DNA from: Octopus vulgaris
Lineage: Eukaryota
DNA: 64,000 nucleotides
NCBI GenBank assembly: GCA_951406725.2
Contig: OX597820.1
Span: 82,150,001-82,214,000 of the forward strand
Direction of reading: 5' to 3'
Of this stretch, positions 24,325 through 37,958 are shown in pieces. The notes under the pieces are model-generated. The model had not been told where the DNA came from, did no database searches, and saw only the letters and a list, made by a program, of their open reading frames with translations. The number at the start of each line of letters is the position of its first letter. Positions within the stretch are counted from its first letter, which is position 1. The position numbers and the translations under genes are program-made.

Positions 24325-24489
24325 TACGACGGGCATCTTTCAGTTTCCGTCTACCAAATCCACTCACAAGGCTTTGGTCGGCCTGAGGCTATAGCAGAAG
24401 ACACTTGCCCAAGGTGCCACGCAGTGGGACTGAACCCGGAACCATGTGGTTGGTAAACAAGCTACTTACCACACAGCCACTCCTGCGCC
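24062..24489 (-). mobile_element. SINE family A, full length
   Basis: Near-consensus copy. Confidence 0.9.
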
Positions 24490-25044
24490 TATGTATGCAT
24501 GTTTATATCTAAGCTCTGTATGTTCTTGGCTTTTCTGTCATAAAAGTTAATGTAAATCACCTAAATGTGGAAATAACAAAACAGGTAAAAATCAATCACT
24601 GAGAACACTGACAGACTTGTTGAGCTGCAATGGATATAAACTTTATCTATGTCGTTCAATAAAGACATCAAGAGCCCATAAGTCATTCAAAGTATGTACA
24701 TCCTGGAGCAGCTTAAACAAGCTGTGTAGAGCTTAATAATTCCATAAAATATTACTCACTAGATCTGCAATAAATGAATCCCAAAATTCAGTTGCACTTC
24801 GCTGTAAGCCTGCAGCTGTACCTTACTGAAATCCAGTTGGTGAAACTCACTGAACCCTTGCAAAGAAACAGTTACAGATGCAACTTAAAACTAACAGCTT
24901 CCACTTAGTTTTCTTTTTGTGCATGCACACACACACATGCACACACACACATGCAAATTATGTGGTAGGGAAGTTTGCTTCCCACCTAGATTGTTTGAAC
25001 TTCAGTCCTATGTGTGACACCTTGGGTAAGTGTCTTCTACTATA

Positions 25045-25329
25045 GGGGAGGAAGCACTCCGTCGGTTACGACGATGAGGGTTCCGGTTGATCCGACCAAC
25101 GGAAGACAGCCTGCTCGTGAAATTAACGTGTAAGTGGCTGAGCACTCCACAGACACGTGTACCCTTAACGTAGTTCTCGGGGATATTCAGCGTGACACAG
25201 AGAGTGACAAGGCCGGCCCTTTGAAATACAGGTACAACAGAAACAGGAAGAAAGAGTGAGAGAAATTTGTGGTGAAAGAGTACAGCAGGGATCACCACCA
25301 TCCCCTGCCGGAGCCTCGTGGAGCTTTAG
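25045..25329 (-). mobile_element. 5'-truncated SINE B nested in an old SINE A, 13-bp TSD
   Basis: TSD gtcttctactata at 25032-25044 and 25330-25342. Confidence 0.85.
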
Positions 25330-25799
25330 GTCTTCTACTATACCTATGTGTCAAATAAAACCTGGTGATTGATTTGGCAAGCAGAAACTGAAGTAGGCTC
25401 ATGTCTCTTTGTCATGACATCCTGTGATAGTTATATCCGTGTGTCACTATCACACAAACAGAGTTCTTTCATTTTCAATATTCTGCGGAAACATGCCTCA
25501 CAATGAGGAAATATTTACTTGCTTTGAAATAGGTAGGGTTGGCAACAGGAAGGGCATCTGGACATACAATATTTACCTCAGAATACTCTATCAGACGCAA
25601 GGACAGAGTGGGTGTTTATATTATGATGATGATGACAATGACACACACATGTAAATACATCAGAGCATATTAATTCTCGTTATTACAGTCAAATTTTCTG
25701 TACAGATTGTATATAGATTTATTGATATTTTTGTAGTGTTACATTCATTTACAGTAATTATTTTTGCCACGACTGGCTTATGACATAACTGCTTAATAT

Positions 25800-25980
25800 T
25801 TTATATATATTTCATGCCATTTATATATATATATACACCCACCCACAAACACACACATATATATATCAATATACATATACAAACATATATACATATATGC
25901 AAATATACATACATATACATATGTAGAAAAGTTACATATATATATACATATATAGATTTATATACATACATATTTAGACG

Positions 25981-26012
<32 letters not shown>

Positions 26013-26476
26013 CATAAGGGTATGTGTGTACATACATTTATTTATGCATTTGTGTGTATGAATACATGCATATATATATATGTAAATACATATGTACATA
26101 TTTACATATAAACACATTTACAAGTACATACAAAGATATACACACGTAACATATGTACATATGTACACACCCATATATACACATATATAGATTCACATAT
26201 ACACTCGTGCACACATACACATATAAATGTATGTATATGTATATCTACAGATATTACATACATCTAAATACACCTACATATACACACACACACATATATG
26301 TATACATAATTTATACAAATATATATATATATATACACATACATACATACACACATATATATGTTATGTATATATAATGTATACAAATATATATATGTAT
26401 ATAATGAATTTAATGCATATTTCTTTATTTTAATTTCTGCCATGTGGCTGTGGTCATGATGGAGCGATACATATAC

Positions 26477-26527
<51 letters not shown>

Positions 26528-26822
26528 ATACATAAACATGTGTGAGTGTATAAATACACATACACATATATATACATACATACATACATACATACACTTA
26601 TACATATATGTGCATACAAACATATATACAAGCATGAACACATATGTACATTTACATATAAACATACACACATATGTATAAATACATATATATACATCCA
26701 TATATATTTATGTATGTATGTATATGTATTCATATATACATACTTACACTCTCAGACTCTCAGACTTTATACATGCAGACTAATGTCTGTGTATATATAT
26801 TTGTGTGTGTGTGTGTGCATGT

Positions 26823-26869
<47 letters not shown>

Positions 26870-26880
26870 CACATATCTTA
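25800..26880. repeat. (TA/CA)n compound microsatellite downstream of the TBC1D9 stop codon
   Basis: Direct reading. Confidence 0.9.
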
Positions 26881-27058
26881 AACTGCATATTTTATATGGT
26901 TTAATTAAAGTTTCCATTAATCTCAAAGTGAATTGAATGTTTTTTTTTTTTTATTTGGAGTCAAAATGAACCCTCTCCTGAATCATACTTATTATGCCAT
27001 GCACTGTACTTGATGCATCGAGCATGCATGATATAACAAATAGAATGTGTGAGAGAGA

Positions 27059-27092
<34 letters not shown>

Positions 27093-27140
27093 CAGAGGTT
27101 GGGAGATGAAGAAAAAGAAGAGCGAAGAAAGGTCGTTTAT

Positions 27141-27758
27141 TTATTTGGTTCCCTTTGAAGGGGCAACACTGGTGTGGCGTGCAAGGCGCCGGTTTCGTAA
27201 TGTCTGAACTAGGGAGCTGACATTTATGTTCTGTTCAAAATACTTCACCACAGGGGGTTCTGTCAACATGGAGGCTAAAAACTGCTCAAATGTTATCAGC
27301 CAGTCAGAGTCTGGTTTGCTTGATGCATCACTTGTCTCTGAGATCTGCCTTGGCCTTGGTGAAGTATCATCTAACTTGTCATCAACTCCACCAGTCCCAC
27401 TGTCCACAGACGTAGTGTTGCCAGAAGAAATGGTGGTATTGTCTAATGGTTTCTCCTCTTTAGCAAGTTCAGAGTTGTTCTCAGAGGAGGTGTGTAAAAC
27501 CGAGTCAACTGTTGCAGTGGATGTTGATAGGCTAGTGCGGTTGTCATCGGCAACAAGAGCACTATTTTCACTTAGTGTTTCATCAGATTCAGAGGTGCAG
27601 TCTTCACCTTCACCAGTCTTTAGGTAGAACTTCTTGCCAACTTCTCCAATTTCCAGTAAAAGAGTGCCGACATTTGCAATGGAATGATACAGTTGTTGCT
27701 CTTCTGGATGGTTAGCAAACATATCATACAAAGTTTTCCACAGCTGAATGAATTGTTC
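27141..27758 (-). CDS. TBC1D9: TBC1D9-like terminal coding exon (EQFIQLWKTLYDMF...LLLEIGEVGK...WLITFEQFLASMLTEPPVVKYF...stop)
   Basis: Diagnostic TBC1D8/9 C-terminal motifs; TAA at 27141-27143. Confidence 0.96.
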   Translation of the reverse strand, partial: EQFIQLWKTLYDMFANHPEEQQLYHSIANVGTLLLEIGEVGKKFYLKTGEGEDCTSESDETLSENSALVADDNRTSLSTSTATVDSVLHTSSENNSELAKEEKPLDNTTISSGNTTSVDSGTGGVDDKLDDTSPRPRQISETSDASSKPDSDWLITFEQFLASMLTEPPVVKYFEQNINVSSLVQTLRNRRLARHTSVAPSKGTK

Positions 27759-28413
27759 CTGGAGGCAAAAATAGAAAATTAGTTTTTAAATAAATATTCA
27801 CTAATGAAGTTTTTATTAATTAAAATTCATAGGTATAAAATCAAAATTGGAAAAATGTGTGATATAATGGCTTACAGATCACAAGTCCAAACTATATAAC
27901 TCTGTTTTATTTCCAGTCAGCCACTTTAGCACTGGGTCATTTCCTCTCTGATTATACAGAGAGAATGTTGCTAAATGTACCCAACCATAGCAAATATAAA
28001 AACTTTTGCAACGATAATATCTAGTATTTCTGCTGAATTTATTACAGTTTAATTAGGTTTTCATCCCTTAATATGATCGTATTTAAAATTTCATTGGATC
28101 AACCAATTTAAAATTGCTCTTAGCCACTTCTGAGATGGTGGACACATCTGGAAATTGTTTTATTAATGCTGGAAAACTGAGCAAAATTTAAACAATACAT
28201 GCTGAATTTGTAAGAAGATATCTGATTTAATAAGGTTTGGAAAGGTTGTACAAAGAACACCATTTTGTAAGTCAAACACCAACATTCAAAAGTCAAATAG
28301 TAATATTTACAACCGAAACACCAACATTTCTACATCAAATACCACTAAATTCTCAGACAAAGAGGAGAGGTGGTGAGGATAAAAATTCAAAATGCTTTTT
28401 GCAGAAAAAATAC

Positions 28414-28511
28414 CTGATTCAAACGTGGTACATTGCGGAACTCAGCTTTGCTATCCTGCTTAATAATGTTTAATACAGAACGTTTCCGCAGTCCGCTGAA
28501 AGTGACGCTAT
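28414..28511 (-). CDS. TBC1D9: TBC1D9-like exon (DSVTFSGLRKRSVLNIIKQDSKAEFRNVPRLNQ)
   Basis: PxLNQ motif joins EQFIQLWKT of the last exon; phase 1-0. Confidence 0.88.
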
Positions 28512-29954
28512 CTGAAAATATGAAAATATATATAAATAAGAAAAATGAATAGTATTTTATTTCATACTAACAGTATGAAAGACATAGGATATCTTCAGTG
28601 TTTCCTGTGAAGTATGTCATAGTTTATGGTGATGGTGTAACTACAGTAGTGGAGTAGGGAGGATAGTGCGGTTACAGTAGTAGAATTGACAGTATTGGTA
28701 CAGTAGATACAGTAGAATAGCAATGAAAAAATATAGATACAGAAGTGTGGTAGATGTGACAGAATTGCTACAGAAGAGCAGTACAAAAGAGAGTATAGGT
28801 ACAACAGAAGTAACAGGATAGTTAGTGTAATGGAAACTATGCCTCAAACATCTCCACCTAAATAGATGGAGCTTTCAGATACGTTATAAACAGATTATAA
28901 ATGATCAAGACACTGAATGAATCTATAATCTTCAAATGTCTGCTTCATTCCTTATATTAAATGTGGATATTGATACATGTATACTAGCTTTTCCTTTCAG
29001 TAGCATCTTTTTTCTACCTTTTGATCACTTTCAAATGAAAGTGTTGTGCCTGAACATCTCTTCATCATGGAAAAATAATTTATTCTTCAATTCAAGCTGC
29101 TTCTACAATTTGTCGATGTCAATCCACACTAGCTACTTCACAATCTACTTTTGCACTTTCACATTTTTCTAACTATTTTGGTTTTTAGATCTATTTTTCA
29201 AAATAAGCTTTCAGTTTACTATGAATTCTCATCTGAAAAGAAGTTAGCCTCAAATTTTTGTTTCTAAATCTTTGTTAATTCAGTTTATGCTATAAGTATG
29301 TTGAAAGAATAAAATGAAAATCTAATCACAACAAGAAATGGTGGGAACACTTCACAAACGTTTAAACATGTAATATTGCCAGTTTATTCATTAAAAGCAA
29401 ATAGTCCAAGCTAAATTCACTTTCATATATTCATAGTGGTGAGAAGTTTGCAGTTGGCTCGCTCCTAACGGAATAGTTTCTCTACACCGTAAACTTCCAC
29501 TTTTCTAGTGTTTTGAACACTACATAAATGATTTTATCATTTATTGTCAGATGTAATACTTGCCATGTTTATGTAAATGTGCTGCGGCTGTTAGTGAACT
29601 CACAGACCTATATTTTAAACAGGATTCTAATAATCATCTAATCCACGAAGCCAGTCAGACATAAACGTGAAGCAAACAAATATTTACTCCCAGACTATTT
29701 TACTTTATAATTGGAATGTGAGAATATCACCTAAAGATGGCTAGAGAAAACACCAACTGAAATGTTGCATCAACAACAAATCCCACTTGCCAATGATCAG
29801 GTTGCAGATGCATGACAAAGATTTTTGACAATAGTAGACTATATACTAGAGAATAAAACACATATGAATATGAAGCTATACGTTTTAATTGACTATAAAA
29901 TCTCAAACACAATGTAATGGTTTTAATTTCAACACATAGCCTCAAATCAAACCA

Positions 29955-30190
29955 CTTATTTCTTTACTGCCCACAAAGGGCTACACACAGAAGGGACAAA
30001 CAAGGACAGACAAATGGATTAAGTCGATTATATCGACCACAGTGCGTAACTGGTTCTTATTTAATCAACCCCGAAAGGATGAAAGGCAAAGTTGACCTCG
30101 GCGGAATTTGAACTCAGAATGTAGTGGCAGACGAAATATTGCTAAACATTTCGCCTGGCGTGCTAATGTTTCTGCCAGCTCACTGCCTTA
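29955..30190 (-). mobile_element. SINE family C (other copies at ~3705-3838, 42830-43150, 43465-43657, 44655-44840, 50185-50400, 58130-58290)
   Basis: Shared aaaggatgaaaggcaaagt(t/c)gacctcggcggaatttgaactc block; B-box-like gagttcaaatt on the minus strand. Confidence 0.75.
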
Positions 30191-30501
30191 AACTACTTGC
30201 CATACAAGTATAACTCTGACATGGTGAGGTTTTAATAACAAAATTAAAACTGTACAGTATATTCTATTAGAGAATTATCTAACTTTATGGCATACAGTGT
30301 CACTTTCTTAAGGAATTTAAATTTAACAATCTGAAAGATTATTCCATCTGCACCAAATGAAAAAACTGATAGTTGTGCAGCCTGAGAAGATATAAAAGCA
30401 GCAACAGTAGTCACAATTAGCATAAACAAAGAACAGATTGATAGACAAAATAAACACTTGAAACGTCCAGAAAACTGAAATGAAAGCAAAGAGAGTTGCA
30501 C

Positions 30502-30762
30502 CTTTCGATGTGCTGGTTGTGGTGCTAATGGCAGTCTCTGAAACACTGCCTTCATCGTCTTCTAAATGATCAACAGTCGATAGGGTGTTAGTGTCACTGT
30601 CGGCGGAATACATCGATGAATCCTGTCGCAGACGTTCACAGAGATCCTTCTCAATGTCCAGGTTATCATTTGAGGTTAGTGTTTTAAGAGGTGAGCCATC
30701 TTGAAGGGAGATGTCTTCATTAGAAGAAAGGTCATCAGGGAAGGCTGAAGGTAATTCAAGAT
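30502..30762 (-). CDS. TBC1D9: TBC1D9-like acidic/Ser-rich exon (DLELPSAFPDDL...STTTSTSK)
   Basis: Strong polypyrimidine acceptor; 261 nt open in frame; phase 1-1; donor AAG|gtgcaa. Confidence 0.78.
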
Positions 30763-31231
30763 CTGAGTAAAAGAGAAGGAAGTAAGGTTACCATGTAGGA
30801 AGGAAGAGAAGAAAGGGAGAGAGGGATTACATTGAATAAAATAAAGAAAATGTTTACAGTATATATATGTGTGTATGTGTGTGAGTGCATGCAACACTGA
30901 GGAACAGAATGTACAGCTATCAAAATTTCTACAGATGAAAATGGTTACCATTGGACAACCACAAGCAAAGAAGCATACATATGTTACACTCACAAGTCTA
31001 TTAAACAGGTAAACATTGTGTTAATACATAGATACAAGTTTTACTGTTTGATTCTTTGAAGATGAAGAATTGAGTAGCAAACATTAGCATAAGTAAAACA
31101 GAGATGATAGAGAAACAGACAAGGAGTCCAATAGGGTAAACATGGAAATGCTATAACATGCAAGTCTTTATAAACAATAAAAAATAGGTAAAAATGAAAA
31201 ATAACTGCTATTATTAGTATGAACTGCCACA

Positions 31232-31233
<2 letters not shown>

Positions 31234-31263
<30 letters not shown>

Positions 31264-34200
31264 GAGTGAGAAAGTAATGCATGCCATCAAAATGACACTG
31301 GAGGGTACAAATACACAAAGGCCAATATACCCACAATGTCTAATAAGGGTACACCAAGCACATGCATCACAACCATATTTGCGAGACATGGTGATCTGAT
31401 ATTGAGATAAACAGCGCATGACCTTGCAGGTGGGGACTAGTTAGAATTTTCTTCAAGTCGAGTAGCCCATCTTCTTCAAAAGGTACCTGAATGAGGGCTG
31501 TTTAAGGATGATGAATGAAATACCTATGTTTCCAGAGGTGAATTATTCAAACCTCAAAGAATTTCTCACAACACATGGCTATGATTCTCCCCTCCCACTA
31601 CGTCTGTTCATGATCAGAGATGCACATATCATCAGCCACTAAAGAACATGCTCAACTGGTTACGGTCAAGCAATTGACATGCAAATCTGTGGTATTGAGC
31701 AGAATATTTGCTGTAGCCCACCTTTTACATCAAGGTTTATCATTATTATTATTATTATCATTGCCTTTGCACAGCTTCTAATGCTGAAGATGTACTACAG
31801 TGTCAGCTGTTCACTACCAGTGAACTAAGGTAACACCTCTTATTTTACGAGCACTTACTGGAGTATTCAAGCGGTTCCAAGCATTACTGTTTTCTGCAAG
31901 TACTCCACCCTTATTGCAGCCCCTATTTGTTCCATGTACTTCTCAATTTTTTTATTCACTGTTCCCAGGTCTCTGACACTTATTAGAACCACTACTACTT
32001 TTTTCATCAACAACAACTGCTTTACCTCCCAAGCTAACCTGTCATACCTTTTCTTTCTTCCTTATCACATACCTTGTTGTCAGCTGGGCATGCGACATCT
32101 ATGATCCAGCATAGTTTACATTCTTTCTCAATTAAGACTATGTCTGGCTTCCTATTTTCTATCTCATTGTTGCACTGAATCATAAAATCCCACAGGATTT
32201 TTGTATTATCATTTTTGATGATGCCTTCGGGTTCGTGGTTGTACCAATTTTTTTCTCTGTCAAGACCATACTTGTTGCAAAGTGTCCAATGGACAAGCCT
32301 TGCTATATTGTCATGGCCTCTCTTATATTCCTTCTGGGCTAGTGGCATACATTGACTGGTAATATGCCATACGGTTTCACCGTTTTGTCCATAGATTCTG
32401 CACTTATCACTTTCTGATGTGTTCTCTACACTGTATTTTATGTAGTTTGTTCTTAGTGCTTGCTCTTGGGCAGCACAGATTAGAGCCTCTGTTTCCAGTT
32501 TTAAATCACTTTTAGTCATCCACAGGCATCTTTTTTCTCTGTCTTATCTTCAACATCCCTATGAAATTGTCCATGCATTCTTTTCTTTACCCATCTATTT
32601 TCAATTTCATTCATTTTCAATTTCTTGTATACTGCTTTATCTTTGCAATCTTTCATCCTACACAAGCCTGACCTTCTTACTTCTAATAACAGCGATTCTG
32701 TGGCATTTTCTACATACCATGCTATGTTGTTTTCTTCTGCTCTAATGCTGTGTTCGCATCAAATAAGTCTTCTTCCCCCTCTTTTCCTTGGTACATATAG
32801 TCTGTCTGTGTGTCACTTTTTGGGTGGAGTATTCCATATCTAGTTAGCAACTTCCTTGTCTTTCTGCCTAAGCTGTTTAGTTCGTCTACTGTCTATGCGA
32901 TTACCCCTGCTGCATATCTAAGGAGTGAAACCGCCCAGGTGTTGATAGCTTCCATCCGTTTAATTTCAACTTAAGGATCAGACTCATTCTGTGCAAGTAC
33001 TCCACCTTAAATTTTTCTGTCATTTCTTTCTCCATCAATTTAATCCCCAAGTATTTATAGCTCGTCTCTTCTACCTGCTTCATAACCTCCCCTGATGGTA
33101 CCAATAGCCCATCCATCCATTTGATTTTCCCTCTCTTCAAGACTAACACACCACACTTTCTCAGTCCAAATTCCATTCTGATATCAGCACTGAAAGCATA
33201 CACTGTATCAATGAGGGAACTGACTTGGGCTTCGTTTTTACCATAAAGTTTGAGGTCAACCATGAATAACAAATGGTTGACTTTTTGCTGGCGGCTTTTG
33301 AATACACACCCAGCTTTTGCTTGGCTCAGTATGGTATCAAGCACAGTACAAAGATCAATGGGGACAGGCAGTCCCCTTGGAAGATGCCCCTCCTGATTTC
33401 TACTGTCCCTAAACTTCTTCTGTATGCTGTCAGGTCCGTCCTCCAATTCACCATACTTTTTCCAAGCAATACCAAATAGTTTCATACATTCCATTATCCA
33501 AGAGTGTGGGATCATATTGTACACCTTACAATAGTCAATCCATGACATGGCTAAGTAACTTTTCCTCCTCTTGTAGTCTCTAAGTACAGTTTTGTCTATC
33601 AGAAGTTGATCCTTGGTGCCTCTGCACTTACGCTTGCAACCTTTCTATTCATGTGGCAGGACTCTATTTTTTCCAGATGTTCATATATTGACTCTGTGAG
33701 TATTCCAGTCAATAATTTCCACATAAGTGGCAAACAGGACATCGGCCTGTAATTGTCTACCATATTGCCCTTTTCAATGTTTTTCAAGCACAGCACTGTC
33801 CTACCCAATATCAACCACTCAGGTGTTACTTGGTCAGCATTTAACAAGATGTTGAATTGTGCAGCTATTCGTGCATGACATTCAACAAATCTTTTGATCC
33901 AGTAGCCTTGAAGTCTATCTGGTCCGGGTGCCTTCCATTTGCTCATTTTTTTTACTGATTTCCTTCACTTCCCTAACTGAAATGACTAGTTCTGCTTGTT
34001 TTGGACAGACTACTGTTTGTTTCAGTTCTTGCATCCTTCTAGTGCTCCTTGTCTTTGCTCCAGATGTCACTTAAAAACCTTTGACTTTCATTGTTATCTG
34101 GTATCAGCTTTTCATCTGTACACTCTCCATTTATTTCTTTATAGAATCTCTACTGATCTACGCTGAATAACCTATTCTGGTGGTAACCTTTCATTCTTTG

Positions 34201-34310
34201 GTCGTATCTTACCATCTTTGCTTTCTTTGCAACAAGGTGCTGTTTCAGTTCTTCCATTACCACTTTCAGGCCCGTTCTTTCAATATTATACTTCCTTTTC
34301 AGCATTCTAT
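31234..34310 (-). mobile_element. R4/Dong-clade non-LTR retrotransposon, 5'-truncated and degraded
   Basis: [32 protein letters not shown]; CCHC-like CR..ETVWHI...C; REL endonuclease (R)HD...KPDIVLI...IIDVACP; ends in (TAA)n. Confidence 0.9.
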
Positions 34311-34934
34311 ATTCAGATACACAGACACACACACACATTCTCTCTCACAAGACAATGATAAAAAGAAATCCAGACAAATTTTTGAAAATTGACATTTTGA
34401 TCCCCTTGGACTGACCAGCCGGGTTTACCATTTCTAAAAGCCAAGAATTATTTACTATTGAAAGACTGACCTGTTGCAAAGATATCAACAAATTTTTTCT
34501 TCTTTCACTCCTTCTTCTTCCTTTCCTTCTCTTTTTCTTTAACACTTCATTCAGATACAAATACACACATACACATACACTCTCTCTCTCACTTTCTCCC
34601 CATTCCTCATCCGCTTGTACTATCTTATATCTCTCTCCACCCCTACACACTCAATAATACTATAAAAAGAGACAATATTAAAAGTTACGAACTAAAATAT
34701 TCAAATAGAGTATTATTGTGAACATGATTAATATTATTAATGTCTTTAATCAATTATTCCCCCACATTAATTATTAATTTTACCGCCCACATTTTAAACT
34801 TTCACCCATGAGTTGCTAATGAACTTATGCAGGTGCCAATGACATTTTCATAAATATTGTTTCTTTTCCTTTTTGTTAACTTTTCGAATGTGGAAGGTAT
34901 TTCTGCTGCACCCTGTATGTATATATATATATAT

Positions 34935-35787
34935 CCTTTTACTCTTTTACTTTTTTATTTGTTTCAATCAGTTGACTGTGGCCATGCTGGAGCAACACTT
35001 TTAATCAATCAAATTGACCCCAGGACTTAAAGTTTGTAAGACTAGTACTTATTCTATCGATATCTTTTGCCAAACTGCTAAGTTATGAGGACATAAACAC
35101 ACCAGCATTCATTGTCAGGCGACGGTGTGGGGACAATCACAGTCACACGAACACATATATATATATCTGACCATATCAGCCTTGTGAGTGGATTTGGTAG
35201 ATGAAAACTGAAAGAAGCTCGTCGCATATAAATATATATATCATCATCATCATCATCATCATCATTTAGCGTCCGCTCTCCATGCTAGCATGGGTTGGAC
35301 GGTTCAACTGGGGTCTGTGAAGCCAGAAGGCTGCATCAGGCCCAGTCTGATCTGGCAGTGTTTCTACGGCTGGATGACCTTCCTAACGCCAACCACTCCG
35401 TGAGTGTAGTGGGTGCTTTTTACGTGCTACCCGCACAGGTGCCAGACGGAGCTGGCAAACGGCCACGGACTGATGGTGCTTTTTACGTGCCACCGGCACG
35501 GGGGCCAGGCGAGGCTGGCAACGGCCATGATCGGATGGTGCTTTTTACGTGCCACCGGCACGGGGGCCAGACGAGGCTGGCAATGGCTACAAACGGATGG
35601 TGCTTTTACGTGTATATATATATATATGCGATGGGCTTCTTTCAGTTTTCATCTACCAAATCCACTCACAAGCCTTTGTCGGCCTGTAGCTATAGTAAAA
35701 GACACATGCTGAAGGTGCCAAGTAGTGGGACTCAACTTGGGACCATGTGCTTGGTGAGCTAGCTACTTACCACACAGTCACTCCTGT

Positions 35788-35790
<3 letters not shown>
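34935..35790 (-). mobile_element. SINE family A interrupted by an RTE-derived 3' fragment (~35238-35610)
   Basis: SINE halves flank an insert that ends in (GAT)n and carries ggtgctttttacgtgccacc repeats. Confidence 0.75.
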
Positions 35791-35834
<44 letters not shown>

Positions 35835-36618
35835 TATAACAATAACCCTAACTATGGTCAATAACTGACCATATCAGACCAAAACATTCCACCTCTATGT
35901 TCAAAACAATCTGATCTGGTCTTTTACATTTACCCTACAATGTCGTTATAAAAATAAACAATGACATCATCAAACCCTCAAAACTACAAGATAATGCATG
36001 ATTAATACAAAACAATGTGAATAAGTAAGCATTGATGATGATGATGAAGATGACAATAATAATAATATTTATATTGAAAAAGTTTCTAGTAAAAGAGGGA
36101 GATTAGGCTATTAAGGTACTCTAAGGATGTATAAGTGATAGAAAGTTGGGCTACAGAAAACATTCTCATAAGGTTGCAGAAGGAGAAGGGAGTGTACATG
36201 TGTAGGAGATAGTGAAAGACAGATGTTGTGATGAAGGGGGAAGGGGAATATCCCAACAACAGCCTCAGAAGGGAAGCCACTTCTTCATTCCCCCAACTTA
36301 TATATTTTACTGCCCTCCCCTACAATTCATTGTTGTACAATAGTGTCATAAGGCACAACAGTGTTATACAGTGCAGTATTGTACATAAGGCACAACAGTG
36401 TTATACAGTGCAGTATTGTAAAGTACGGTATGCAACAACACAACAAAGTGCGCTACTGTGCAGTGTCACATGATGCAGCGTTGTGGAAAACACTACAATA
36501 TTGCACAGTAAAGTGAATTACTATACAGTGACATGCAGTATACTACAGTGCAATAATGTGCACAATGATGCAGTGTTGTACAGTGCAGTACAACATAGGG
36601 CAGTGTGTTCTGTCTTAC

Positions 36619-36702
36619 CATCTTTGCTGGAATCTCTTTCCTCCTCTTCCTCCTCTTCCTCTTCAAAGAAGTATGTCGCCTCAACCGCGCTCTCAGTCGA
36701 GT
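36619..36702 (-). CDS. TBC1D9: TBC1D9-like exon (DSTESAVEATYFFEEEEEEEEERDSSKD)
   Basis: EATxxFF motif; acceptor tttcag, donor gtaaga; symmetric phase 1-1. Confidence 0.88.
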
Positions 36703-37557
36703 CTGAAATGAAACGATAATGACAGCTCGGATATAAAGTCATGGTGATGAGTGGGGTAGAGTAGTAGGGTGTCAGGAAGAGGAAGGAGAGGACATCATTA
36801 GTTGTTGTAGTTTAGCCCCAGGTCAGGCTTGATCAAACAGACAACCTTGCATAAAAGTAAAATAAACATAAAATGTTAAATAGTGTAGGGAAAAGCAGCA
36901 GCAACAGCAATGATGGTGGTCATCTGGAATATAAAGCAAGTAACACTCAACTGGCTAGAAATAATAGTCAAATCTTACTAAATCACAGCTGAACACCATA
37001 TAAAAGGAAGGTCACATCAGATAATGTAGTCCTTAATACACTACATCAGAATTAGAAATGGACTAGACATGGATGGAACATCTTTAATTATAGGTCATAC
37101 TGGATGATGGCTGACCTGGGACTAAAAACAACATACTACATACCTACATATACAAAACTACAACATAAAAGTTTTATATAAGCACTGGAAGAATGAGCAA
37201 TAATAGTCAAATTCCAATTAATCACATCACAACAGCATAAACAAGGAAGGACACAGTAGTTAATGAAGATTTAGATATACTACAGGAATAGCAGATCAAC
37301 TGCGTGGATATACAATAAGTAAAGGATATACAATAATTAAGGATATACAATAATCCTTACAATAATTAAGGATATACAATAATTAGTGAAGCTAAGCAGC
37401 AATGACAACAATTAAACAGACAAGCAGTAACCCAGTAAAAACAAATCCAAAGCAAAACTTTGGTGTGAGGAAACTAGAAACAGCCTGTGTCCATTATCAT
37501 TGCTTAAGCAGACACATTTAAGGTACTTGTTAAGGTTTTCTATAGAAATTACAGATA

Positions 37558-37958
37558 GGCGCAGGAGTGGCTGTGTGGTAAGTAGCTTGCTAACCAACCA
37601 CATGGTTCCGGGTTCAGTCCCACTGCGTGGCATCTTGGGCAAGTGTCTTCTGCTATAGCCCCGGGCCGACCAATGCCTTGTGAGTGGATTTGGTAGACGG
37701 AAACTGAAAGAAGCCCGTCGTATATATATGTATATATATATATATATATGTATGTTTGTGTGTTTGTCTCCCTAGCATTGCTTGACAACCGATGCTGGTG
37801 TGTTTACGTCCCTGTCACTTAGCGGTTCGGCAAAAGAGACCGATAGAATAAGTACTGGGCTTACAAAGAATAAGTCCCGGGGTTGATTTGCTCGACTAAA
37901 TGTGGTGCTCCAGCATGGCCGCAGTCAAATGACTGAAACAAGTAAAAGAGTAAAGAGT
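37558..37958 (+). mobile_element. SINE family A, full length
   Basis: Near-consensus copy. Confidence 0.92.

Noticed and set aside
27226-27627. 133-aa plus-strand ORF
   Set aside because: Antisense shadow of the TBC1D9 last exon
29731-29756. Possible micro-exon ending CTTTAG|gtgata
   Set aside because: The 10- or 26-nt options break the frame or contain a stop, and there is no other support
36320-36600. Degenerate acagtg-type repeats (similar low-complexity tracts at 28640-28830, 37320-37385, 38680-38790)
   Set aside because: Local slippage repeats with no evident structure or function
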